Assembly (NCBI GenBank): GCA_011109175.1
Contig: RDEW01000011.1
Location: forward strand, 490,193 to 554,192
Length of the DNA stretch: 64,000 bases
Direction: 5' to 3'
From: Dicyema japonicum
Lineage: Eukaryota; Animalia; Dicyemida
The notes beneath the pieces were generated by a model that made no database searches, was not told the origin of the DNA, and saw only the letters and a program-made list of their open reading frames with translations. How positions within the stretch are numbered: the first letter of the stretch is position 1; each line of letters starts with the position of its first letter. Shown one piece after another: positions 49,130 to 60,143 of the stretch. The position numbers were made by a program, and so were the translations under genes.

Positions 49130-50070
49130 AAAGAATTTTGATTTTCAATAAATGTTTAATTTTCCGTGTATTCAATATTTAAAAAATCTTCAACTTTAAG
49201 AGGATCGAAAATGTCTGTTCTTCTGATTATTGTATCATTAATATCAAGTTCAAGAATTTCGTTATTGGAGTTATTAAAAACTTTGAAAAAATTCCTGATC
49301 GTCTCTTCGGATACGTCTTCCCAAACCATTTTTGTAAAAAAAGACCGTATCCCTTACATTCTATTTCTTGTAAGAATTATAGACCGAAATATTTTGAGTT
49401 TCCAATAATTCCGTCAAATAGATTAACTGGTAAAATTACTCTTGAAAGATTTTATGATGCCAATATCCATGGGTTGAAGCAACCCCGTACATTTTTGGAA
49501 AAAACAAAATTTTTATATATCCCAAATTCGGCGGGATACAATGCGCAGGGTAGTTTTCAATCAATAGTAAAATTCGTTTTTTTTATTCTTGAGCTGAATA
49601 TCAAAATTAATCAACCAATCTATAAATATAGATCCAGTCATCTAATCTCTTTGTGAACTATAGTAAGAGACGGAGCATCTATAGTCATAATTTCGAAAAC
49701 ATCGAGGCATTTTTTGTCTTGAAATCATCACTGGTTTCAACTTGTGCGTTCCGCTCATGTTTGAACATAGCATAATTGAAACGGTCTTTAAAATTTTTGT
49801 AACCTTGAAATCGGTTTCTGCAGATGCTTTTCGATGAAATGAGCTTATAGTATAACCCAGTTTCATCCAGATTATAGATTTGGTAAAGTTTATATGCTTT
49901 TGAAATTTCTTTAAATTCTTCAAGAATGGATTCAACGTCGACAGATTCATCAGTTTGCATTTCCCCGTGTAACTTGCGCATTCTGAATCCGTGTCTCTTT
50001 TTGAATTTATCCAAGAATCCATTAGAATTTTTGAAGCGTCCGAGAAAGGAATTGAAAGACATGTGTTAAA
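49130..50070 (-). mobile_element. pogo/Tigger-like (Tc1/mariner superfamily) transposase, frameshifted
   Basis: SNGFLDKFKKRHGFRMRKLHGE, IYNLDETGLYYK, MLCSNMSGTHKLKP, and LQPMDIGIIKSFK (about 49445-49490). Confidence 0.92.
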
Positions 50071-50479
50071 TAAATTTTTATTATTAAAAAATTTAAAAAT
50101 TGTAAAAATTGTGACCAATTTAAAAATTGACCAATTCATAAGGAGAATAGAATTTTTTCTAAGAAAATTTATAAAATTGTGGCCAATTTAAAAATNAGTA
50201 TTGTGATCTTTAATTGCCAGAAAGACACTCAACAAAACACTTAACAAAACTTGTCCAAATCATTTCTGACTTCCTGATTAACCTCAATCCATACTAGAGA
50301 ACCTTACTGGTCTTAGTGGTTAGAGAGAAGGCTTTTGGTTCAGCATCCCGAAAGATCTTTATTGCGAAAATTTTTATGACATCGGAATATATATGAATGG
50401 TAGGAATAAAATGAAATTCATAAAAATCTATTTATCGTTCCTGACAAAATCCAAATTATCTTTTTAAAGAATCTTGTGA

Positions 50480-51005
50480 TCATGAAATCACTGAACACCG
50501 TGAAACGGAAAAAATTTTAAGATAATATCGAGCAACATACATTACAACTAAATAAGGAAGAAAAGCCAGACGTTCTCCCGGAAAAGTTGGTCGAGGCCGT
50601 TAAAAAGGCCGCGACGGATACTATCGGCTACAGAAGAAACCGCTCGAACAACAGCTACGCATATTATGATTCAAAACTAAGGGAAATCTCAGAGCGCCAA
50701 AGAAACATCTGACTGAGAATTGAAAATTGCTGTATGAACACGTAAAGGGAACTAAGGAATCAACAAAACAAAATCCTTCATGAAATAAGAGTCTGGGCAC
50801 GTCTATTATGGACGAAATACTTAGACGAGAAGGTTAAAATTGAAAAGCTCTCACCTGACAGTCAAATGTTCATGGCTGTGCGGTTGCTTAATCGGGGTTC
50901 TCAAAATGCAAAAATGTGGATACAAGCTAAATCGGAACACTTAATATTGGAAGATGGGGACAAAGCCTCTAGAATTACTGACCACTTTCAAAAACAATTC
51001 CGAAC
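50480..51005 (+). mobile_element. RTE-like element, EN-RT linker fragment
   Basis: KLVEAVKKAATDTIGY..ITDHFQKQF resembles the pre-RT region of the RTE at about 14450-14640 and precedes the RT at 51770. Confidence 0.5.
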
Positions 51006-51019
51006 GGATGATACATATA

Positions 51020-51745
51020 CATAGGCTTACCACTTTATTATTCTAGAAATCAGAGACATTTATTGATTTTGATGATCAAAATCTGGGACAAAAATTTTTT
51101 TCACATAAAAACAAGAAAATATCTTTATTTAAAATTAAATAAGAAAGTCGATTATATTTCTAAACTTTTTTCAAAAAATCAAAGCAAAACTAAATAATGA
51201 TTCGAGGGTTTCTTCTTTCATTCGACCTTTTTCTTTTGACCAAGTGGAATTCATAATTGAAAATATTCTTTCTACAGGAGCAGTAGTGCCAGGTAAGCAA
51301 AAAAAATATTCGATAATTTTAATAAAATTTTGAATTTGAATACTCTTCTCATTAAAATATTTACAAACATGCATCCAATTTAATTCGCAATTATCCTGAT
51401 TAGTTTTCCATTCCCATATCACTAATAATAAAACATTTCGGGACACTTAAATACGGGACAAAATCTGGGACAAGGCTCAAAATCCGTGACTGTCCCAGCT
51501 AATCCGTGACGGATGGTAAGTTTACTTATACACCCACATTTATTGGGTATCCGCTGAGCTTGTCAAACGAAATAACACATTCGGAAGTCTTAGAAGCANA
51601 CGGGACAAAATCTGGGACAAGGCTCAAAATCCGTGACTGTCCCGGCTAATCCGTGACGGATGGTAAGTTTACTTATACACCCACATTTATTGGGTATCCG
51701 CTGAGCTTGTCAAACGAAATAACACATTCGGAAGTCTTAGAAGCA
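51020..51745 (-). mobile_element. Internally deleted hAT element (C-terminal dimerization domain plus GGGACA-rich terminus)
   Basis: FFCLPGTTAPVERIFSIMNSTWSKEKGRM; terminus CTTACCATCCGTCACGGATTAGCTGGGACAGTCACGG. 51447-51598 is duplicated at 51601-51745 across an N. Confidence 0.75.
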
Positions 51746-51769
51746 TTTTACCATAAGAACAACAACAGA

Positions 51770-54190
51770 GCGCAGGATATTATGGAGTCCCGAGGGGATT
51801 AATTAAATACGCTCCCAATAGTCTTGGAGCTTTGCACAAATACTGAACAAGGCTTTTGCATTACACTGCCCGCTTCCAATCGGTTCCGGAATATTAATAC
51901 CCGCCGAGCAAACGGCGGAGACTCTTCGGAAGCTTAAGACCTATCGTGCTAGTTACCGCTCTAAGGAAAACTCTCTAAAAATTGTTTGAGACCGTATATC
52001 AATATCGGTCAACCGATATCTCTCTTGCGGCCAGAGTGATTTTTCATGCCTGGAAGATCCACGGCTGATGTTGTCTGGAGCCAACGCTGGATCATTGCAA
52101 TATGTAAAAAATGCAAACGATCCTTTCATAACCTAGAATTCGACAAGAGCAAGGCTTTTGATAGCATCGACAGAGTAAATTACTTATCGTGTTAAAAGAC
52201 GTTATCGATGAAGACAGTCTGCGCATGATACATATGCTATTATCTGAAACTGAATACTCGTCAGAGTTGACTCTAAGGAGTCTTGACCATTTACTATCAA
52301 TGTTGCAATCCCACAAGGGGACATGCTATTACCTGTATTATTTATCATCTACCTGGAGGCAGCTTTAAAAGATCTAAGAGAACAAATTGGATGTCTTGAC
52401 AATCACTTTATCTACGCGGATGATGTCGATTTTGTCGTTCAAGATCGGGAATTTATAGACGTTATTATGGATAAAGGGAAAACAACTTCTAGTAAATGGT
52501 CTCTCAAAGTCGATGAAAATAAAACTGAAATAAACGATATTGAAAGAACGGCAACCCGCCTTGAGGATAAGTGGAGGAACATCCTAAAACTCGGATCTTT
52601 ATTTGGCGATTATTATTTTATTATTTATTAACCCTGGATACACCGAGAAAGAAGTTAAAGTAAACAACTAATTAAGTGTATCCAGTTTCNAGGAAAACTC
52701 TCTAAAAAATTGTTTGAGACCGTATATCAATATCGGTCAACCGATATCTCTCTTGCGGCCAGAGTGATTTTTCATGCCTGGAAGATCCACGGCTGATGTT
52801 GTCTGGAGCCAACGCTGGATCATTGCAATATGTAAAAAATGCAAACGATCCTTTCATAACCTAGAATTCGACAAGAGCAAGGCTTTTGATAGCATCGACA
52901 GAGTAAATTACTTATCGTGTTAAAAGACGTAATCAATAAAGACGATCTGCGCATGATACATTTGTTATTACCTGAAACTGAATACTCGTCAGAGTTGACT
53001 CTAAGGAGTCTTGACCATTTACTATCAATGTTGCAATCCCACAAGGGGACATGCTATTACCTGTATTATTTATCATCTACCTGGAGGCAGCTTTAAAAGA
53101 TCTAAGAGAACAAATTGGATGTCTTGACAATCACTTTATCTACGCGGATGATGTCGATTTTGTCGTTCAAGATCGGGAATTTATAGACGTTAATTTGGAT
53201 AAAGGGAAAACAACTTCTAGTAAATGGTCTCTCAAAGTCAATGAAAATAAAACTGAAATAAACAATATTGAAAGAACGGCAACCCGCCTTGAGAAGTGGA
53301 GAAACATCCTAAAACTCAGATCTTTATTTGGCGATTATTATTTTATTATTTATTAACCCCTGATACACCGAGAAAGAAGTTAAAGTAAACAACTAATTAA
53401 GTGTATCCAGTTTCCACTTTTATAGAAACAGACCCCATCCGGAATCAGCATAAAAGGTAAGACGTCCATTACATGCAGTTGTGGAAACCCCTCCAGTAGA
53501 GTGGGGAAGAGACAATGATCTTTTTTCGTGTTGGCCTGGCACTATGCGTCACCTAGACAGGTGGATCACATAACGCCACTCTATTAGGAAGAGAGAGGAG
53601 GAACAGACAAGCAAGCAGAAAACTCAACCAATTAACCACGCAACACCACATGGCGCCACGCGGCTAAGAATTAATTTAGAAGATATCAGACGACGAAAGT
53701 TATTGGCCATAATAGAACTTAAAAAATTAAAATTCATTTTGATTAGATAGAATCAAATTCCTGCTAAGATTCGGTTACGCTTATATAATGGATTTGTCCT
53801 ACCAGTCCTCATGTACGACGCAGGTACTTAGTGAACATCAAAGAAAGATATGGAACAACTTGACTCATTTTACAGATGCCAACTAAGAAAACTCATTGGA
53901 TATTCTTGGACAAAGATAATCTCAAACAATAAATTATACAGATTGACTGATTGAGGACCAATAAGTCTAAACGTACTAGAAGCTTGTTAGTCCCCTTTTT
54001 TACATATTTTACAATCAGGAGGCGGGTAAGACGACGAAATAGATGGAGAAGACTAACGGGAAGGATAGTCGAAAACATGGGACAAGCGAAACCATATACG
54101 TTTTTTACTGGCAACGCGGACGTGCATTAACTAACAAGTAGCAAAGGTCTATCAGGTGATCATGGCTTCTCCCAGCAATATTCTCATCTT
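51770..54190 (+). mobile_element. RTE-like non-LTR retrotransposon (RT and C-terminus) interrupted by a family B SINE
   Basis: RPIVLVTALRK, FIIYLEAAL..FIYADDVDFV, WRNILKLGSLFGD, then RLRLYNGFVLPVLMYDAG after the SINE. About 700 bp is duplicated across the N at 52690. Confidence 0.88.
53335..53667 (-). mobile_element. SINE-like family B, full copy inserted in the RTE
   Basis: Near-identical to 36895-37197; interrupts the RTE frame right after SLFGD. Confidence 0.88.
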
Positions 54191-54845
54191 TTTCCGGTGT
54201 TGCTCTTAGGAACCAACAAATTTTCGATAACGCCGTTCTTCTGGCGGTTTTCCATTTTGGGAGAATATGCCGCCCGATTTCCTAGCAAGGTCCGGGGTCG
54301 CTCTTATTGGCAGTTTAGTGTTTTGAGAGAATGTTTTGGTCATACTGGATTGTTTGAAGTTGATCTTATCTATGTTTGTTCTGGAAAGTTTTGTACCTGA
54401 AGCTGCACATTCATAAATTATAGTTGGCTTGATGAATTGAGCGTACAACGTGGCTAGTTACCGGTTTAAGAATCCTTTAAATTTTGAGACGAGCACCTTC
54501 ACGAAGTTAAGCTTTCGTGCCGAAGTAATGATTACGTTTGACACATGTGTGCTGAAAATTATGAGGGTGTCGATTGTTACTCCTAGAATCCTAGAGTTGT
54601 TTCTTAGTGGGATTAGTTCACCATTCGAAATAGTTCGGCGGATGATTTGATAGTCTTATATTCGACGTAAAAAGAGAAGTCGTGGAGTTTTCTGTGGACA
54701 TTGAAATTGAATTTTTATTCAACCATTCATGAAGTCTTTCCAGAGTAGTTTCGAATGTGTTCGTAGCTGTCGTAACACAGTATCCTTGTAAGCATTTTTC
54801 TAGGACCGAATCAAAGGCCATGCGGATATCAATCGAGCACACCAA
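54190..54845 (-). mobile_element. APE-type LINE RT/C-terminal fragment
   Basis: SIDIRMAFDSV, SISMSTENSTTSLFT, RILGVTID and YAQFIKPTIIYECAA. Confidence 0.8.
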
Positions 54846-54931
54846 AATTCATTTTAGATAAATATTTAATTAATATAATTTATTTTATTTAAATAAAAAT
54901 AAAAGTCGGGCTATACACGAGTTGTGTTGTA

Positions 54932-56902
54932 ATGCCGGGAGGGTTACCTAAGAAGGAAACTAATTTATTTAAGAAAACATTAGTAAGTTTAACTGAACTA
55001 ATATTCAAGGTTGCTTATGAAAATCATCAACCACTTATAGCACAAAAGTTATGCAAACAGATTATGGCCAATCCTGTTTGTGCTAAAAATGGAGAAGTGA
55101 TTTCTGTTAGTGGACTTATCCAGCACGTGCTTGGGCAGAAGGAGAAAGGCATCCAATTGGCAAAAGAAGGGCTCAGAATAGATCCAAAATCTTCTATTTG
55201 TTGGCATATATATGCAATTATCTTGAGAACTGAAAAAAAATATGCTGAAGCTGCAAAGTGTTATAAAAGCGCCTGGAAAATTAACAAGGTATCGTTTATA
55301 ACTTATTCTAGAACAATTTGCAGATTCTGAGAGATCTTAGTCTTATGGAAATTCAGACTCGAGATATTGAGGGACTTGAGGAGTCAACAGGTGAATTATT
55401 AAGAAATAAGCCGACAATGAAAACTTCTTGGTTGGGTTTTGCAGTGGCACAGGCATTGTCAGCTGATTATGACACAACCTTGGAAATACTATCATCTCTC
55501 AGAAAATCGCTTAAAGTAAAGACATTATCAAATGATTATGAATATTCTCAAGTCATTCTGTTTGAAGTACGTGTGCTTGTTTTATCAGACAAAATCGATC
55601 AAGCTATGTTATTTTTAAAGGAGATGGATATGTATATTTACGATCGGGAGGCGTATTTGGAGTATTGGGGTTTATATTAAAATTAACAAATTAGCTATTC
55701 TTCTCCTTAAAACTGATAAAAAGGCGTCTATTGATGTTATCAACAAACTAATTCAAAGAAATCCTGATTGTTTAAAGTACTATATATGGATTGAACAAGC
55801 AACTGATATAGAGTTTTCTAATGAAGGGAAAACCACATTTTACGAGTCTATGATTAAAAAATATCCTTACTCCACGGTTTGCAAACAAAGGTTAATGGAA
55901 ATAACGAATGGTTGATAATATTATATAATTACAGATACCAAATTCTATGATTAAAAAATATCCTTACTCCACGGTTTGCAAACAAAGGTTAATGGAAATA
56001 ACGAATGGTTGATAATATTATATAATTACAGATACCAAATTGATGACAGTCATAAAAGAATATTTGGAAAATGGGTTCACTAAGGCTAATCCATCATTAT
56101 TTGAGTCGATGAAGTTTTTATATGCTTTTGAAGACAAGGTAAAGGTAATCGAATCAGTGTTGAATGAGTTTGAATTTTCAAGTATTAATATATTGATGAG
56201 TAGATGACTCGCCTGTTTCCGTGTTAATGGTGTGGTTGTACTTGTCACAACACTATAATATATTGGATAACCATTGTATGGCTATTAAATTTATTGATAT
56301 GTGTATTGAACATACTCCAACCTTTTTGGATTTGTTTGTTATAAAGGCACAAATTCTAAAGAATAGTGGAAATATTTTGGACGCTTGTAAGTGTGTTTTG
56401 TATGCCCAATCTGCTGATACTGCTGATCGTCATTTAAATTGCTTGTGTGTTCGCTATTTACTTGAGACTGGACAAGTTGATGAAGCTAAGGTTGTTACTG
56501 AAAAGTTCACCAAATCTGGAGTTAGTGCTGATGAATATATGGATGAAATGCAATGCCTGTGGTACCTCGTTTTATCGGCTGAAGCATATTTTGCCTCCAA
56601 GGATGTGTCAAATGCTATCAAAAAGTGTAATCAAGTCTTATCCGTATATTATTTTTTATTTTTAGCATTTTGAGGAATTTGATGATAATCAGTTCGATTT
56701 TCACACATACTGTGTGAGAAAGCAGACTATTAGGGAATATATTGATTTTCTTTCATTTGAAGACAATTTATACAATAATGATGATTACATAACAATTTGC
56801 GAATTGATTTGTCGTATTTATTTTTCATTTTATGACGATTCTGATGATTTTGTCAAACAATATGGTTTAATTATTTATAATTTGTAGAAATTAATGCGAG
56901 TG
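54932..56902 (+). CDS. NAA15: N-alpha-acetyltransferase 15/16, NatA auxiliary subunit (3' end lost in the N gap)
   Basis: MPGGLPKKETNLFKK.., CWHIYAII, QILRDLSLMEIQTRD, HTPTFLDLFVIKA, DTADRHLN, EMQCLWY, DDNQFDFHTYCVRK. Micro-introns include the 27-nt GTAAGTTTAACTGAACTAATATTCAAG. Confidence 0.96.
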
Positions 56903-57209
56903 NNNNNNNNNNNNNNNNNNNNNNNNNNNNNNNNNNNNNNNNNNNNNNNNNNNNNNNNNNNNNNNNNNNNNNNNNNNNNNNNNNNNNNNNNNNNNNNNNN
57001 NNNNNNNNNNNNNNNNNNNNNNNNNNNNNNNNNNNNNNNNNNNNNNNNNNNNNNNNNNNNNNNNNNNNNNNNNNNNNNNNNNNNNNNNNNNNNNNNNNNN
57101 NNNNNNNNNNNNNNNNNNNNNNNNNNNNNNNNNNNNNNNNNNNNNNNNNNNNNNNNNNNNNNNNNNNNNNNNNNNNNNNNNNNNNNNNNNNNNNNNNNNN
57201 NNNNNNNNN
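56903..57209. other. Assembly gap (N run)
   Basis: Run of n. Confidence 1.
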
Positions 57210-57399
57210 TTTGATTTTTCAAAAAATTAATATTCATATTTTAAATTACATATTAATCCAATTATAACTATCGATTCCCATCCCTTAATTGATGTTGCGT
57301 TGCTGAATTGGAAAAGCGATTTTAAACTGATTTTTATTGCACGAATCAATAGCAACGGACAAGAATGGATTGGTCATAAATTTAGAAGAGGTCAAAAAA

Positions 57400-58700
57400 A
57401 TTTCCAAATAGAGAAAATATGATATTTTTGGTATCAGATCAATGTTGGCAATTACATGGTATCGATTTCTTGTAAATCAATTCAAGTACCTTTAAATGAA
57501 GGTAACTACTGTCTAACAGAATTTTTTTCAATTTTCAAGAAATTGAAGATCGAGTAATGTGATTGAAAAAATTTCTGATTTCAATGTATGCGTTCAAATT
57601 GAGTGGTTTATAAACAGTCGGTATTAAGATTTTTTTGTTTATATGACATATTTTTAAAAAATGTCAAATAACATTCAAAATTTTACGGTTCTCTGTTACA
57701 GGAAAATGTACATAATTTAGAAACAAAATTGATTCATGATTGAAGTGACGTCCATGGAAAAAGTCCACCTTGTTTAAAATGAAGAAAACAGCATTATTGG
57801 ATAGGAGGTCATTTATTGGAAGTAAATCAAGTGGAATGGTCGTTGAAGTCTTCACAAATAATATGTTCCTTAGATAAAAGAGGGTAAAGGTTTGGAAACT
57901 GATTCTTGTTTTTTAAAACTTTCAAACTAAAGTTCTTTGTAAATTACATTCCAAGATTATCCTTGATCACTTCCATTTCCACATATATTGGAACATTTAA
58001 GTTATTTAGAATCACACACGGAGTCTAGACCCTTGAATCCATTGGCCCTCCCTCTTTTTCGCACTCAACCGGTTTACGCAGTTTTTCTTATTCTGTATCA
58101 CACTATTCACTTGCTTTGAGGAAAAGCATTACCCCTTCCATCCATAGAGTGAATCGTGTTGTATTATGTCACGAATGATGAAGAGATATTTGTCCATATC
58201 GACGTGTATATTGNCTGAATCCATTGGCCCTCCCTCTTTTTCGCACTCAACCGGTTTACGCAGTTTTTTATTCTGTATCACACTATTCACTTGCTTTGAG
58301 GAAAAGCATTACCCCTTCCGTCCATAGAGTGAATCGTGTTGTATTATGTCACGAATGATGAAGAGATATTTGTCCATATCGACGTGTATATTGCCAGTTC
58401 ATAAAAGAGTTTGGAAAGGCCTTTTCTTCTTCGCCCTAATGTCTATGTAGTCCTCTACAGCAAAGTTCAACGGCAAATATCTGAGTAAGTGCACATTATT
58501 GTTTTATAATATGTACTCTTATTTTAGATATTTCCGAACGCAACTAATTTTTAGCGAGTTGGATTTCTCAGCAAAGAGCATTGACCCTCTCATGATGCAC
58601 CAATTTTCAATAACACCAATATATTTCTTTAGTCTTCTTTAGACTTCACGTTTATTGCTTTTTCAGTTGAGAAGGTATATAATCGAAAAGTCCCACGAGA
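57400..58700 (-). CDS. Possible multi-exon gene, unknown product
   Basis: Open stretches (..TTIPLDLLPINDLLSNNAVFFILNKVDFFHGRHF.., ..RYLPLNFAVEDYIDIRAKKK..) with candidate 23-nt introns; includes a duplication across the N at 58214. Confidence 0.3.
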
Positions 58701-58902
58701 TTAGAGAATGGAGACCCACAATAATTTTAATATCGACGGTAACTAGGAACCGGCATCTACTTTTAATTTGAACAAGGATTCTAACATACATAATTTAAAA
58801 AGAGAAAGTAGTTATTGGTAATGAAAATAACCCGAAAATGCGTAAATAAGTGACGTTGTAAATAAAACAATGATATAAATAAGTCACATTCGTAATGTCA
58901 TA

Positions 58903-59354
58903 ATGTTAAACAGATTAAACAAAAATGATCTTCAAAACATTAAGGATAAAAAACAGATTGAAAATGTAAAACAAAAATTGGAAGAAGAACGGAGGCGGGT
59001 GATTTATAAATTTAATTCAGAAAAATATAAGCTAAAGTCAGATTTATTTGCAATCCCCAAAATTAGTCATTTTGATCCACAAGAAATCCAGTAGTTTTAC
59101 ATTTAAAGATTAGAAATAAAATTGAGAGAAATGAAAAGAAAAACTTAAAAAATATGAATTATTTCAATTTGAAGAGTGAATTAATAATAAAAAAATCACA
59201 TAATGTTGTCCGAAAACCTAAAGAACAGTTATTTCAGTTGTTTCCTGTAATTCTCCGTGATATTACTCCTCCAAAGAGATTTGACGCTAATACAACTGCC
59301 AAAATGATGATTATTGAACAGAAAAAATTAGAATCCAGAAATAAAAATACTTAA
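58903..59354 (+). CDS. Small basic orphan protein (about 140 aa), two exons
   Basis: Removing a 26-nt GT-AG intron (59066-59091) joins ORF 58903-59094 in frame to ORF 59154-59354. Confidence 0.6.
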
Positions 59355-59409
59355 AATTTAATGTCTTAATAATTTTACTAAATCCTAAATTTAATACAAT
59401 TGTGTATTT

Positions 59410-59545
59410 CATGAATAAATTGGGGGAACCACCCTTCTAAATGTCGTAGAAGGGTAGGGAATGTTGAACGGTTTTCTTCCATGCAGAACTTGCACTGAGT
59501 CCACCACAACAACAGGAGAACCGCATGACGCCACATTTTTGCTTG
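59410..59545 (-). mobile_element. SINE-like family D core (single copy in the window)
   Basis: Shares TGGCGTCATG with families B and C and folds with the same helix order. It also has a 9-bp hairpin ACCCTTCTA/TAGAAGGGT. Confidence 0.45.
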
Positions 59546-59589
59546 GGATCACTTAATTAGTGAGTTAACTCTTTTCTTGGTTGTCTTGA

Positions 59590-60110
59590 GGTTTTATCAT
59601 TAGGAAATTGCCTGGAAACTGATCGAATGTTTTTGAGGCAGACTCGTGTCCTTCGTCGCTAAGAAAGTTACCAAGTCAAATTTTAAAATTCGTAGGAATG
59701 TCCATCTGAAAGAATTTCCAAATAAAATTTTTCCAGGGAACAGAATCGAATGCTTTGATGTCAACTAAACACAACACTGTCTTCTAATGTCTAAGCTTGT
59801 GGAACAAGCCAGAGCGAATAAATTCACTCAGAGTGATGAGATAATTTGTAGTAACTCGATTATTATCGAATCCATGTTGGAGTGGGTTATAAGGAAAAAT
59901 TTCCTTGACTTTCACAAGGACGTGTTTCTCCAGATTTTGGACATTGAGCACAGAAGAGGAACTGGCTTGAATGAAACTGGGTTTTTTCGGCTTTCACGTT
60001 TTTAATATTAACCAAATTTCAAAAAGTTTCAATAATGTTGGAGTCGAATTCTGGTTTGCCCAGAATTTTCATGAGTATGGTGGAAATCTCATCGAATCTA
60101 TGTGAATATG
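59590..60110 (-). mobile_element. APE-type LINE RT fragment
   Basis: LLCSMSKIWEKHVLVKVK..LQHGFDNNRVTT..VDIKAFDSVPW (translated by eye). Confidence 0.8.
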
Positions 60111-60143
60111 ATCTGGTGTAACTCTTCACTTTTTTTAAATTAA

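Noticed and set aside
51447-53400. Tandem duplications at 51447-51745 and about 51965-53400
   Set aside because: Both are joined by a single N (about 51599, 52690), so they are most likely assembly or haplotype artefacts.
56875-57237. ORFs made of X runs (also 63350-63850)
   Set aside because: Artefacts of translating N gaps.
58030-58395. About 180-bp tandem duplication
   Set aside because: Single N at the junction (58214); assembly artefact.
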